Shown here: positions 45,782 to 57,780 of the stretch, in pieces
Layout: each line of letters begins with the position of its first letter
How positions within the stretch are numbered: position 1 is the first letter of the stretch
NCBI RefSeq assembly: GCF_009914755.1
Contig: NC_060936.1
Reading direction: 5' to 3' (one strand)
DNA length: 64,000 bases
Origin: the human T2T-CHM13v2.0 reference genome, Homo sapiens
The notes under the pieces: generated by a model
Database searches by the model: none
What the model was told of the DNA's origin: nothing
The model's input: the letters and a program-made list of their open reading frames with translations, nothing else
Program-made: the position numbers and the translations under genes

Positions 45782-46721
45782 GTAAGTACTGGTCCCTTTT
45801 CAGCCCTCGGCTGACCACTGTTCTCGGGCAGCTTCGTGCCACTTGGAATACTTGGGTGACATTGGAAACATGCAGCCCTGGCCACATCTTAGTCATAGAC
45901 TGGGAGAGGAGTCAATCAAAATCTGCATTGTGTAGGATGTATTCTTTTTTTCTGATCAAAACTAGCAGATCTTTTTTAATAGCCAACGAATTTTACAATG
46001 AATGCATGTATGAATGATTATTTTCTTTCTTTAAGAAACTTCTAAAAGCTTTTTTGTTATACAAAAAATAGTTTATGGTAAAAAATTAGAAAACATAAGA
46101 ATAAGGAAAATAATCTGTATCTTAATTATCCATAAATAATTTTGCAGTCCTTCTGAGCTGTTTTACTCAAAAATATATATGTACACATTTTTTATCTTTC
46201 AAAAAGGAGAAAATTACCACTTCACAGTTTTATAATTTGCTTTTTCCCTTTAATATATAGCAAATGGATTTATGTCAATAAATATAATTCTTTGACATTT
46301 TTAACAGCCACATAATATGATATTGAACAGATAGACAATAAGTTCATTCGAGGTTTAGAAAATTAAAAATTTTTCATTATGCTAGCACTACAATGAATAT
46401 TCTAGTGTTTTTACTTTAAGTCAATAATTAGGGTAGAGTGATAGACAAATAAGTTTGGTTTTCTTCATTTTATAAATTATTTTCATAGTTTTATGAACTA
46501 TGATGATTTGAATTACTTCCTTAATGATTCAAACCAAGAAATCGTCTTTAAGACAAAAATTTATGATGGTTTGCAAATCTGTTTTTATTGTTATCTTCAC
46601 TTTTAGTGGTGGTCTCTGTATTGTTTTTTTAAAGCTACCAACAACATAAGAAAAATCTATGTGTTTTAAAATTGTGAAAAGAGTTGGTTTCTTGTTCTGC
46701 GTTTTTATTTTTCCAATATAG

Positions 46722-47009
46722 GTATTGGATGACAAGCTTGTATTTGTAAAAGTACACGCACCATGGGAGGTGTTATGTACGTATGCTGAGATAATGCACA
46801 TCAAATTGCCTCTGAAACCCAATGATCTGAAAAACCGGTCCTCAGCCTTTGGTACACTCAACTGGTTTACCAAAGTCCTCAGTGTAGACGAAAGCATCAT
46901 CAAGCCAGAGCAAGAGTTTTTCACTGCCCCATTTGAGAAGAACCGGATGAATGATTTTTACATAGTTGATAGAGATGCTTTCTTCAATCCAGCCACCAGA
47001 AGCCGCATT
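46722..47009 (+). CDS. ANO6: ANO6 exon 5 (288 nt): VLDDKLVFVKVHAPWEVL...DAFFNPATRSRI
   Basis: Acceptor tttttccaatatag, donor ATT|gtaagt; overlaps ORF 46725..47030. Confidence 0.97.
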
Positions 47010-47211
47010 GTAAGTCTAAACCAAATTTAGTTGCTGTCTTGGGGTAATTTGGAACCTGCTGTTTTGTGGTTTGGTTGGTTTGGTTTTATTTTTAAAAACT
47101 GCACAAAAAGAAAAGAAATATGCCAGCAGATTTGTGTTACAGTAGTAAACAATGATTGGATTGGTTAATTACACTATATAAACCGCATACTCTATTTTGG
47201 AATCTTTTTAG

Positions 47212-47325
47212 GTTTACTTCATCCTCTCTCGGGTCAAGTATCAAGTGATAAACAATGTTAGCAAGTTTGGGATCAACAGACTTGTAAACTCTGGGATCTA
47301 CAAGGCAGCTTTCCCACTCCATGAT
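47212..47325 (+). CDS. ANO6: ANO6 exon 6 (114 nt): VYFILSRVKYQVINNVSKFGINRLVNSGIYKAAFPLHD
   Basis: Acceptor tctttttag, donor GAT|gtaagt; conserved anoctamin GI...AAFPLHD motif. Confidence 0.96.
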
Positions 47326-47589
47326 GTAAGTTAAAAGGCAAAAATGAACTAAAAGGCCTTCTGTATACTCTGGTGTTGACAATAGCAAAGGGCTAACTTT
47401 CCTGACTGTAAGTTTCTTCCTCAGTAAAATGAAGGGAACATACTGCAAGATTACAAGCTCATTTAGGGTAAGAACTAGGTCTTTTGTTCACAGATGGATC
47501 CCAGTTATAAAGATACTCAGTTTTAAAGGAGCGAATGAATGAATGGACAGGACCTCTCTCACAGTTAATGTGTAAAGCAGTATAGATTA

Positions 47590-47830
47590 GCAGTTAATCT
47601 GTGTTAGCATTTCTGAGACCAAAATGCCTGCCCTGCCACTTTCTAGCTGGATGACCTTGTGAAAGTCATTTAGCCTTTCTTCCTCCATTTCCTCATCAAT
47701 AAGCTGGGGATAAATTATTACCTACCTCCTAGAGTTGTTAAGAGGATTAAATTAATCCATTAAATTAATCCAAATGTTAGTCCCTAGCATATAATAAATA
47801 CTATTATAAGTGTTAGCTGTTTTCATAATT
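47590..47830 (+). mobile_element. MIR
   Basis: ctgccactttctagctggatgaccttg...tttcctcatc...cctacctcctagagttgttaagaggattaaa. Confidence 0.75.
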
Positions 47831-48994
47831 ACTAACAGATGTTATTATCAACCAGAAAAGATTAGTTCTTTGTCAGCAAAATACATGTTAGACCTTCTCA
47901 TTTATCATTTTCTGCAACATAGACTTTTCTTCCTCATTTGGAATACGATTTTCAAACTGTCCCCTGGAATATCCCTGGGCTTTTAAAAAGGCATCTGTCA
48001 GGGTTGTTGTGACAATGGCAGTACCCCAGATGGTTGACATTTTTTTAAGGACTACATTCTGAGACCACAGCAACCCCTCAAATTCAAGAGTACTTCTCTA
48101 GCCGAGAACATCTCTCGTGAAATGAAATTTTTAAAATGTGACCACTGTAAATGCAGGGACATTATAACTAAAGCTGTTTAAACTCTGTCATTGAAATAAA
48201 TTAAATACTATATTATATTGCATTATTACTTTGTTATATTCACTATCAATTTATCTGACTGTGTAAGACCAAAGAAAGTAAAGACTGAGATTGGTAATTG
48301 CTACTGTGTAGTACATGTATTTGTGGATAGAGACGATATTGAAATGTACTGAATAACATAATAAAACTAGGACACTAAACAGCAGCTTGATACACATGGA
48401 AAAGTAGAGAACAGGGAGCTGGGTGAGGTAAATACTGATCCTAAGAGACCCAATGTAGCCATCCAGCCTGAGAGTCCATGTGTTTTACTTTTGTGCCCCA
48501 CTGAATTTAGCTAATTGCGAATAACAGGACATGAATTTTGAGGCCACTTGCAAATAGCTGTCACGAATATTAATTTGGGATGCCAGGGTTCTCTAACAGT
48601 TGACATTTGCTTTTGGCCATGTCTTTTCCACTAAAGCCTCTTCTAATTGCAGTGGTCCTGTATTCAGGCTAACAAATGGTCCCATGTGGTATTTGAGAGG
48701 GAGGTGTGTGAAGGTCAGGGCCTGTGCCCTGATTTGGCTGGGTGGTAATCTGGTTCTAGTGCCAGAAGAAGAAAAATGAGTCAGAAAAAAAGGCAACTGG
48801 ATTTAAGCAGGAAGTTTTGTTTCTTGAATAAGCTAAGTGTGTAACATGATACCCAGCTTTATTGTTTGTTTTCTGTATGTTATCACAGAATAACTGCTGA
48901 ACTGGGGGCAAAGAAGCCTAGGTTTTAGAATTGACCCTGCTGCTAACCAGCCAAGGCCTTGGTTTCCCCATTGTCCAAGGAGAGGGGTGGGTTA

Positions 48995-49208
48995 TCACGT
49001 GTTCCTCTGGTGTGGTGATTTGGGCACTTGGGTGGCCCAATTTTTCATTGTGTAGGACTGCCCCACTTAAAGCATTTTAAGCATCTCTGGGGCCCTCACA
49101 GAGTCCCTGCAGTGCTCCCCAGGATTGTAACACCCAATCGTTCATCCCTGCCCACATTCATAAATGACCCCCAAGGAGGGTAGTACCATGCCTGGTTAAG
49201 AATCACTA
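48995..49208. mobile_element. MER20-like hAT MITE
   Basis: ttcattgtgtaggactgccc...cctggttaagaatcact. Confidence 0.5.
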
Positions 49209-49352
49209 AAAATTAGATGGTATTTCCACCCTTTCCAGAAGGTGAGGACCCCTTGTTCACAATTGACTATCAAGTATTTGTATCACATTTAAGAAGCAGA
49301 TTTGTGAAAACACGATGATTATGGTGCTTACATGTTCCCTTCTGCGTCACAG

Positions 49353-49468
49353 TGCAAATTCCGCCGTCAGTCAGAGGATCCCAGCTGCCCTAATGAACGG
49401 TACCTTCTGTACAGAGAATGGGCTCATCCTCGAAGCATATACAAAAAGCAGCCCTTGGATCTTATCAG
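49353..49468 (+). CDS. ANO6: ANO6 exon 7 (116 nt): CKFRRQSEDPSCPNERYLLYREWAHPRSIYKKQPLDLI(R)
   Basis: Acceptor ttcccttctgcgtcacag, donor CAG|gtgagg; conserved R-x-L-x-x-EWA...QPLD motif. Confidence 0.96.
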
Positions 49469-49477
49469 GTGAGGGGT

Positions 49478-49951
49478 TGTAGGGAGTACTCCAGGGGGAG
49501 GCACTCAGGGTGTTACCCCCACAGCATCTGAATGTGACAGTACTCATCAAGACTCTTGCCAGTGAAGGGAGCTGACCCAGAGTGCTGAGCTTCGTTGGCC
49601 AGGGTTTTTATTGAGGCTTAATTATGTGGGCATGATTAATTGAATCATTACCCATCTCCAGTATCATCCTCCCCCTGGAAGATGGCCAGTAATATGTGGC
49701 TCAAAGCTCCAGTTCTCCAATCACATGGTTGATCTTCTGGCATGGCCAGCCTCCACCCTGAGTCATCTCATTAGCACAAACTCTCTAGAGGTCCACCATG
49801 AGCCACTTCACTGGCATAAACTATCAGGCGTAGTCCTAGGGTCCCACTGTGAATAAAAAGGCACTCCTATCTCTCAGGAAGTTCCAAGGGTTTAGAGGTT
49901 ACCCACCGCCCAGGAACTGGGATGCAGACCCACCAAATTCCATATTGCACA
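49478..49951 (-). mobile_element. MER21/MER77-family ERVL LTR, antisense, immediately downstream of exon 7
   Basis: Minus strand begins tgtgcaatatgg...ccccagttcctggc...cccttggaacttcctgagagataggagtgcc; internal cagggtttttattgaggc...gcatgattaattgaatcatt. Confidence 0.72.
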
Positions 49952-50139
49952 GAAGTAAATGTTAGATGTAGTTTCTATTGTATGGTAAGACATGTACATT
50001 TTCACTCTTTTCTTATGTCTGCCTCTAGGTTCTATTTCGTTGTATCTCACAAGATACAATGACTAGCTCAAGAGTTTTTCTTCCCAAGGTACCCTGTTGG
50101 TTTTCCTCCAGAAGCTTACGTTGTTTGGGCAGGGCTGAG

Positions 50140-50775
50140 GATTCTGGCTTGTGGGAGATAGACCAAGAACACCCAAACAAGCCAATAAAACATGAAAATA
50201 AATAAACAGAATTTCTAATGGAAGTGAAGAAAATAACAGAGCAATAGGATGGGAGGGCAGAGTGGGAAGTGAGTTGAGGGAGTTATCTTTGAGGAGGTGA
50301 CTTTTAAGCTGAGATCGGATAGTGAAGAGGAGCCAGTGCTTTGAGGACTTGGCAGAAGTCCTTCTAGGAATAGGGGCAGCTTGTACAGTGGCCCTGAGAT
50401 GCACACACATTTGGCAAGTTTGAGGAAACATCAGAGACCAGTGCTAGTGAGAAACAGAGCAAGACATGAAGTTAGAGGGGTGGCAGGAGCGCCGAAAAGA
50501 GTTTAGACTTTAATTGCAGTGAGAAGCAGTTGTAATATTTTAAATGTTTAAGTCATTGTATCCTATTCACGTTTTGCAAAGATAATGTGGAGAATGGATT
50601 ATAAGGGGTACAGGGAGCAGGGAGACCACTAGGTAGGAGGCTGTTTGAGCCAGGCAGAAGACTGTGGGAGCAGATTTGGGATGTGTTTGGGGAGTCGGGT
50701 CGACAGGACTTGTTTATGGATTGGATGTGGAGAGTGACGAGGAGAGGAGAGTTAACTTCATGTCTGTCTGGAGCC
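50140..50775 (-). mobile_element. L2 fragment
   Basis: tttgaggaggtgacttttaagctgagatc...aggacttgtttatggattggatgtgg. Confidence 0.7.
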
Positions 50776-51140
50776 ACGTACCTGTTTTTTTATGGTGTCT
50801 CAACACCCCATGCACTTGCCACCTACTTGAGAAAACTACTAGACCTTAAAAGTGAGAGTTTTAAACAAATGAATGTTTGTTTTGTTTTACATTTACCGTG
50901 GGAAATTTTAAATATATACAGAAATAGAGTATCATAGCAAGCCTGCATTCATCTGTCACCCAGCTCCAAAAATTATAAACTCATAGCTAATCTTGTTTCA
51001 CTTTTACTCCCACTTCTTTCCCTCCCCACTCCACTGGATCATTTTGAAGCAAATTCCAAATGTCACGTCGTTTCATTAGCTTCTATTTCTAAATAAGGTG
51101 TCTCTTAAACATAACCAGAATACCCCCTTTTGAAAAGGAA

Positions 51141-51513
<373 letters not shown>

Positions 51514-52469
51514 TCAAAGCAGGATCCAAACATGGTCAAGAGGTTGCAGTTAATACAATCTCTCAAATTTCTTCTGGTCTCAGTTTCACTGTTTATTTCT
51601 TGTTTTCCTTGCTCTTGTTGAAAGAATGCCTTTCATTCCCTATTTTGCTGATTTCATTCTCTCCTGTGGTGTTGTTGAACATGTTCCTCTGTATTTGCTA
51701 TAACTAAGTAATTTGTGTAGTTGCATTAGCTAAGTAGTAATTGGATCCTCATCTAGAAGCTTAATCTGATTGAGGTTAGATTTTATACAAGAATACGTGA
51801 TACGTGGAGTTGAGTACTTATATCAGAAGGTATATAATGTTCAGTTGTCTCTTTTGTTATGATAGCAGCTATCAACGATCATTACTTAGATTCATTATTT
51901 CATAAGAGATTTCATTATTTTATATGGTCATACTCGGATTCCCTTGTCATTCATTTTTATCACCGAGATTACAGTCATGAAGAGGCACTTTCATTAACTC
52001 TGTTTACCCTGTAAAATAAGATTTTAAAAGATATTTGTACATATGTAAATATTTGAGGTTGACATTCATGTGAAGTTTCCATTTTATTAATTTCCTTTTA
52101 TGTTAAACCAATAGCATCTGATAACAGAGTGATGGGTTCTTAATCATTTTTTATGTGCTCTTTTATTTTTTTTGCTTTAGTAAAGAAAACTTCCCAACTA
52201 TTTTAAATATATTTTGCTAGAGGAAATGCATTTACTATCCCCTGTCCCTGGTCCACATGTTCTTTCCCTTCATTGCTTCCCACTAGTAACCCCTTGAGCA
52301 TTCAGGCTATTAAACCTCATCTATGGTTCCCAGGGATTACTGAAGGGAAAATGGGCTCTTTCCATTTTGTTCCCAAAAAGCAAACCAAACTGGAAACAGC
52401 AACCTAGGGGAACCAGACTTTGCACAGGTAAAAAAGAAAAGTTTCCCTCCAAACTCCCGTTTTTACCTC

Positions 52470-53875
52470 CAGAGTAATAAAAGAAAATAGGGTATTCACA
52501 AGACAAGGGCAGGGTCCTATAAAAAAGGATTGTTGTGAGAATAAAATCTAGCTCTTGGAAACTGAAAATGTGATTAGACAGAAAAACACCAATAGAACGC
52601 ATTAGAAAAATGAAGTTGAAGAAATTATGCAGAGCATAGAGCAAAACTTATAAAGGGATAGAAAAGGGGGAAAAGATAAAAAATTAGATCAGTCCAGGCC
52701 GGTACAATGTATAAATAATAGGATTGTGAGAAACCAGGGGAGAAAAAATGTAGGGAAGAAATCTGAGAAGTACTTCCAGAGAAGTATCTGAAGAACTGAA
52801 CATCATGAGTCTCTAGGTGGAAAGAGCCTGCTGAGTACCCAGCCTAGAGGATGAAAATAGAGCCACTGAGTCACTCCAACACAGCAGCTCAGAACGCTGG
52901 GGACAAAGCAAAGATCCTGCTATCCTTTGGAAAGCAAAATGAAAAGAAAATCATACAAAGGATCAAGACTCAATAGCATTGTGCTTCTCAATGACACTAC
53001 ACACTGAAAGACAGCAGTAACTTCACATGTCTAAGGAAAGTTTGACCATATATATGTAACTCTATGTATGCTCAAACTGTTAAGTATGAGGAATTTTCAC
53101 AGTTTAGATGTGCAAGGTAATGGAGGAGGTGCTCCACCAAGAAGGAAGACCTAAGAGTTAGTAAACAGGAAATGCAGGAAATGCCAGCACAAGAGAGAGG
53201 GACAGAGAGATCCCAGGTGACACAGTTCTGTGATGGGGCTTGGAGAGTCATCAGTCAAGGTTGGAGGAGGTCTGAGGGCATTTATTCAAGGAGTTGAAAC
53301 TGAAAGACAATCTCATGTGTTTGAGCCTACTGAGAAAGTTACACATTAGGGGAGAGTCTGGGGTTGAATTGCTGATAAGTACACAGAAAACTAAGCAATG
53401 AACCATCAAGACAATTATTAACTCTAGGGAGAACAAGATATTGAGCAGGGAGGAAAAAGTAATTATAGCAGTGACTTGATTCAGCTGTGAATAGTGTTTA
53501 TAGAATCATAATAATGTAAAGCAAGAATATTAATCTAACCAAAAACTATAATGTAACTATGTCAGGATGGCAGGAATAGAGATGTGGATGTTTAGATGAG
53601 GCAAGGAGTTGAAAGAGAGCTTAATCCACATCTTCCAGAATAGAAAGTCAATAGGTGATGCATAAAACTGAAAAATCAATAAACAGCACTTCTCGCATGT
53701 TATTTAGAGATAGGGAAGTAAATATTCTAAGCATCAACTATAAAAGTTTAAAGTGACTGCTTCTGGGCAGCAGGAAATAGGGGAGGGGGTAGGGGACTGC
53801 TCCTTTTTATAACCAGCCTTCTAGAGCTATTAGACTAATGACTGTATACTTGTAACTTTGATTTAAAAAATCAAA
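52470..53875 (+). mobile_element. HAL1 (half-L1) or very old L1M ORF1-like fossil
   Basis: A-rich decayed ORF1-like text: gaaagagcctgctgagtacccagc...gatgaaaatagagcc, ggagagtcatcagtcaaggttggag. Confidence 0.55.
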
Positions 53876-55045
53876 GCTGAATTTTGTTAAATTGATTTTA
53901 AGAGTTGGGAGGTGTTTGGCAGAGAGGGACAATGATCAGAAAATATTGCATTTGAAGGAATCCTCATTATTTCCAGCTTTTCAGCAAGAACTAAGAGACA
54001 GATTTCCTTTTGAGATTTGAAAAATCTTTCTGGCCTTGCCTACAATGTAACAGGGATGCCTTAGAAAGTATTGAACTCCTTGTCACAGTAAATAACCAAG
54101 CAGAGACTGCCTGACCAGCTCTTTAAATACAGCAGGATTTTTTTTATTATTGGGAGCTTGGACCAGGCAACTTCTAAGATTCTTTCCAATTTAAATATGG
54201 CATTTCCAGGATGGATGGCTGATGAAAACTTATTACAGAAAGCATAACCAAAAAGAGGCCAAGGCGTCTCAAACCCATGGCCAGACTTCTCTCCCGGGCT
54301 GTATCCTGAACCTGCCGTTTGCCTGCCTTCCATGAGCCAGAGAGCAAAGCTCCGGTCACGTGAAAATCAGCCCACTGTGTTCCTCCCATCTCCCGATTCC
54401 ACCCTCAGGTCTGTCTCAGCTCTTCCTTTTTTCCCTGTGGATGTGAACTACACCCAGGCCTGTGACCCATGGAACTGGTCTCAGACCTTCCCTGTGAGTG
54501 CTTGTCCAGCCCAGGGATGTTCCTGTCTGAAGTCTCCCAGGACTCCAGGTTTTGCTCAGAGCTAAGTCCCCACGAGGCTAAGACCAAGGAGTTCAGCCCA
54601 GCTCCATACTGAGCCTGAAGTCTCACGTAGGCCTCAGAGTTAAGTAAATCTCCTTATCGTACAGATCAAGATGAAGGCAGAAATGAGTCATTCTTGGGGA
54701 ATATCAGCAACAGCAGCAGTCACCTGAACCATCTCTTCATTCCTAAACTCTCTTTCTGCCTAACTGTACTTGACCTTCCTTTCAGGAACAATTTTGGCAC
54801 TGCTTCTTGGTCAGCCTGCCCTCTTTAATCTTGCCTACGTGGCCTCTTCAGTTTTACCCCAGAGTATACCATTAACCAGTTTTTAAAACTTAGGAAAAAA
54901 TAGAAGAGCTAGCTATAAGGAATACAGGGTGATGGATTCCTCAATCATATGCATCCTTCCCTCTTTCATTCTCACATGAGTTTTGCAAAAATTTTGGTCA
55001 GAGAGACATTCCACTACAAATTAGTGGTTTTTTTTCTTATTATTA

Positions 55046-55539
55046 CAGTTGCCCCTTGAACAACACAGGGGTAGGGCAGTGACACCCGCACACACATACA
55101 GTCGAAAACCTGCATATATATTTTGACTCCCTTTAAACTTTTAATGGTCTGCTGTTGACTGGAAGTCTTACCAATAACATGAACAATCAATTAACAAATA
55201 TTTTGAATGTTATATGTATTACATACTATATTCTTACAATAAAGTTAAGCTAAAGAAAAGAATGTTATTAAGAAATCATAAGAAAGTATATTTACCATTC
55301 ACCAAATGGAAATGGATCATCATAAAGGTCTTCATCCTTGTCTTCACATTGAGTAGGCTGAGGAGGAGGAAAAAGAGTAGGGTTATTCTTGCTGTCTCAG
55401 GGGTGATGGGGGAAAGAGGTGGAGGAAGTGGAAGGGGAGGCAGGAGAGGCAGGCACACTAGGTTTATCTTTTATTGAAAAAAAATCCACATTTAAGTGGA
55501 TCCGTACAGTTCAACCCTGTGTTGTTTAAGGCTCAACTG
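55046..55539. mobile_element. Tigger2-type TcMar element with TIRs and TA TSD
   Basis: TA|cagttgccccttgaacaacacagg ... cctgtgttgtttaaggctcaactg|TA. Confidence 0.87.
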
Positions 55540-55985
55540 TATTTGTGACTTACGTTACATTTTCTCCAAGGAACTTCCCTAGTTAAGTAAAAGCAAATAA
55601 CTGAGCAGATTGTTCATGTTCATTTGTCTCATGCATATAAAGAACAGTCTTTTGGAGAATGTGTAAAATAGTGCTGGTCTTTACAAAGAATGATAGTAAT
55701 ACTCTGTATTTATTCCATAATCAGCATTTTTCTCTCCCTTGCTGTATTTTAATGTACTTTCACCAGGCAAACCAGCAATAGTGATCAGTTCTTCCATAAT
55801 GTGTAATATACTTTTTGTTTCATCGTAGAATTCAGGGTCTGCTGTGAAAATGAATGTTTTAAGGGTGAATTGAGTCAGATTTAAGCTTAAAGCCTCTCCT
55901 TTATTTAAAATCAGAAATTAATATTAGGATGAAGCTACGGAGTAATTATTTGCATCTTCTAAAAATAATTTCTGTCTTTCTTCAG

Positions 55986-56120
55986 GAAATACTATGGAGA
56001 GAAGATTGGAATCTACTTTGCTTGGCTGGGCTATTACACTCAGATGCTTCTCCTGGCTGCAGTTGTAGGAGTGGCTTGCTTTCTCTATGGATATCTTAAT
56101 CAAGATAACTGTACATGGAG
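55986..56120 (+). CDS. ANO6: ANO6 exon 8 (135 nt): (R)[44 protein letters not shown](S); encodes TM1 and an N-C-T sequon
   Basis: Acceptor tttctgtctttcttcag, donor GAG|gtaacc; hallmark Y(F/Y)GEKI-x-x-YFAWLG anoctamin motif followed by a hydrophobic helix. Confidence 0.97.
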
Positions 56121-57479
56121 GTAACCTCTGTTTATTCCTTGTTGCCATGCTGAAAAGTTTATTAGACATAAAATTATTTTCATGGTCTTAAACTGTTTTG
56201 GTAAGACAAGACTGACTGCAGAACATTCATTGCTTGGGATGATATATCCCTTTTGTTCTGAGCACAATAACTGAGTGAAATGGAAAAATTTTTTTCTTAG
56301 ATAATCCAACCCAGTGTCTGACATGAATATTACCCCTAGGAAACACTCCAATATTTTAAGACAATATTTTGTTTGAAAAAGAAAGGAGGACTGGAGGCGG
56401 GAGGATTGCCCTTGAACTTTTGGCCCCTAGAGGAATGTACACTCAGCCCTGCAGATGTGAGCCAAAAGCAGCTCTGATTTCTTCAGGGTTCCACTGGGAA
56501 AATTAGTGAGGGGTTTTGTTTTTTGTTTTATTTTGTTTTACTTTTAGAAATGATTTCTTACTACTAAAAAGTGCTTGTTTAAAAACTCAATAGTTGTTTT
56601 GGTTTTTACATTAAAAAATAGTTCATACAATGTTTAAAAAAATGTAGTGAAAAATTAGTTTGTACTGAGGTTGAAATTCAAACACCAGCTGCACTCTCTA
56701 AAGGGACATATGTGGGTGCCAGAGCACTCTAAATTTCACCATCACTATTCTGAATGGTATTATTAGACCTCTGCTTTTGGTGGTCTCAACTTCCAGCAGG
56801 GATGCAGCACGGAACCAGGATTTTCTCTTGATATCTGGCTGCTATCCAGGTGTGCCAGCCAGATAAAAATTTCTGGGCACCAGCAATGAGCTGATAACCA
56901 AATTTTTCAAGCCTGAAGCATGTCAGCCTGCTCCTGAGTTAGGTTGCTTACATGGCAGCCCTGATGGATAGACATAATTACGCTTCGATTTAACAGAGGA
57001 TTCTGAGCATGTTGTACCCATTATGGCTTCTTAGCTTGAAAGCTGCAGATGGCTTTTGAAGTACTCTTCCCTCCTCACTGAAAAAGAGTTTTGGGCCAAA
57101 GGCTGAATGTTGTTACCTTTTCTCTAAATTTGTCTTCAGCTTCTCTGTTGGTTTGTACATTGTTCTAGTTTAAAAAAAAAAAATCAAAAATACATTTCAA
57201 AGTGCAGAAGTTGCATTTTTATAAGGTCCTCATGGGTTGTTCTTGTTATAACTTATTTTACAAAATCACCATGATAGTTACACCACATATTTCCTAGCAT
57301 TTCACACAGATTAATTTGCAGAAAATAGAGGGAAGTTCTTGGGGATATACTGCCTGTGCTCAAAACTATTTGGCTTTAATTATTTAATTATGAGATATCT
57401 TTAAAATATCTAAATTATAAATATTTTCAGTTACTTTTATAGTTTCTATCAAATACCTGTTTAAAGCTTATGTCCCTCC

Positions 57480-57780
57480 TTTTTTTTTTTTTTGGTGGTG
57501 GGGGCAGTCTTGCTGTGTCGCCCAGGCTGGCGTGCAGTGGCGCCATCTCAGTTCACTGCAACTTCTGCTTCCCAGGTCCAAGCGAGTCTCCTGCCTCAGC
57601 CTCCTGAGTAGCTGGGATTACAGGCTGCGCCACCACACCCGGCTAATTTTTGTATTTTTAGTAGAGATGGGGTTTCACCATCTTGGCCAGGCTGGTCTCG
57701 AACTCCTGACCTCAGGTGATCCGCCCGCCTCGGCCTCCCAAAGTGCTGGGATTACAGGCGTGAGCCACTGTGCCCGGTCC
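57480..57780 (-). mobile_element. AluS (AluSx-like), antisense
   Basis: Poly(T) plus full dimer; degenerate TSD ttatgtccct / ttatgccccc. Confidence 0.93.

Noticed and set aside
46529-47448. Minus-strand ORFs of 131 aa and 103 aa overlapping exons 5 and 6
   Set aside because: Antisense shadows of coding exons, with no recognisable domain or independent gene signals.
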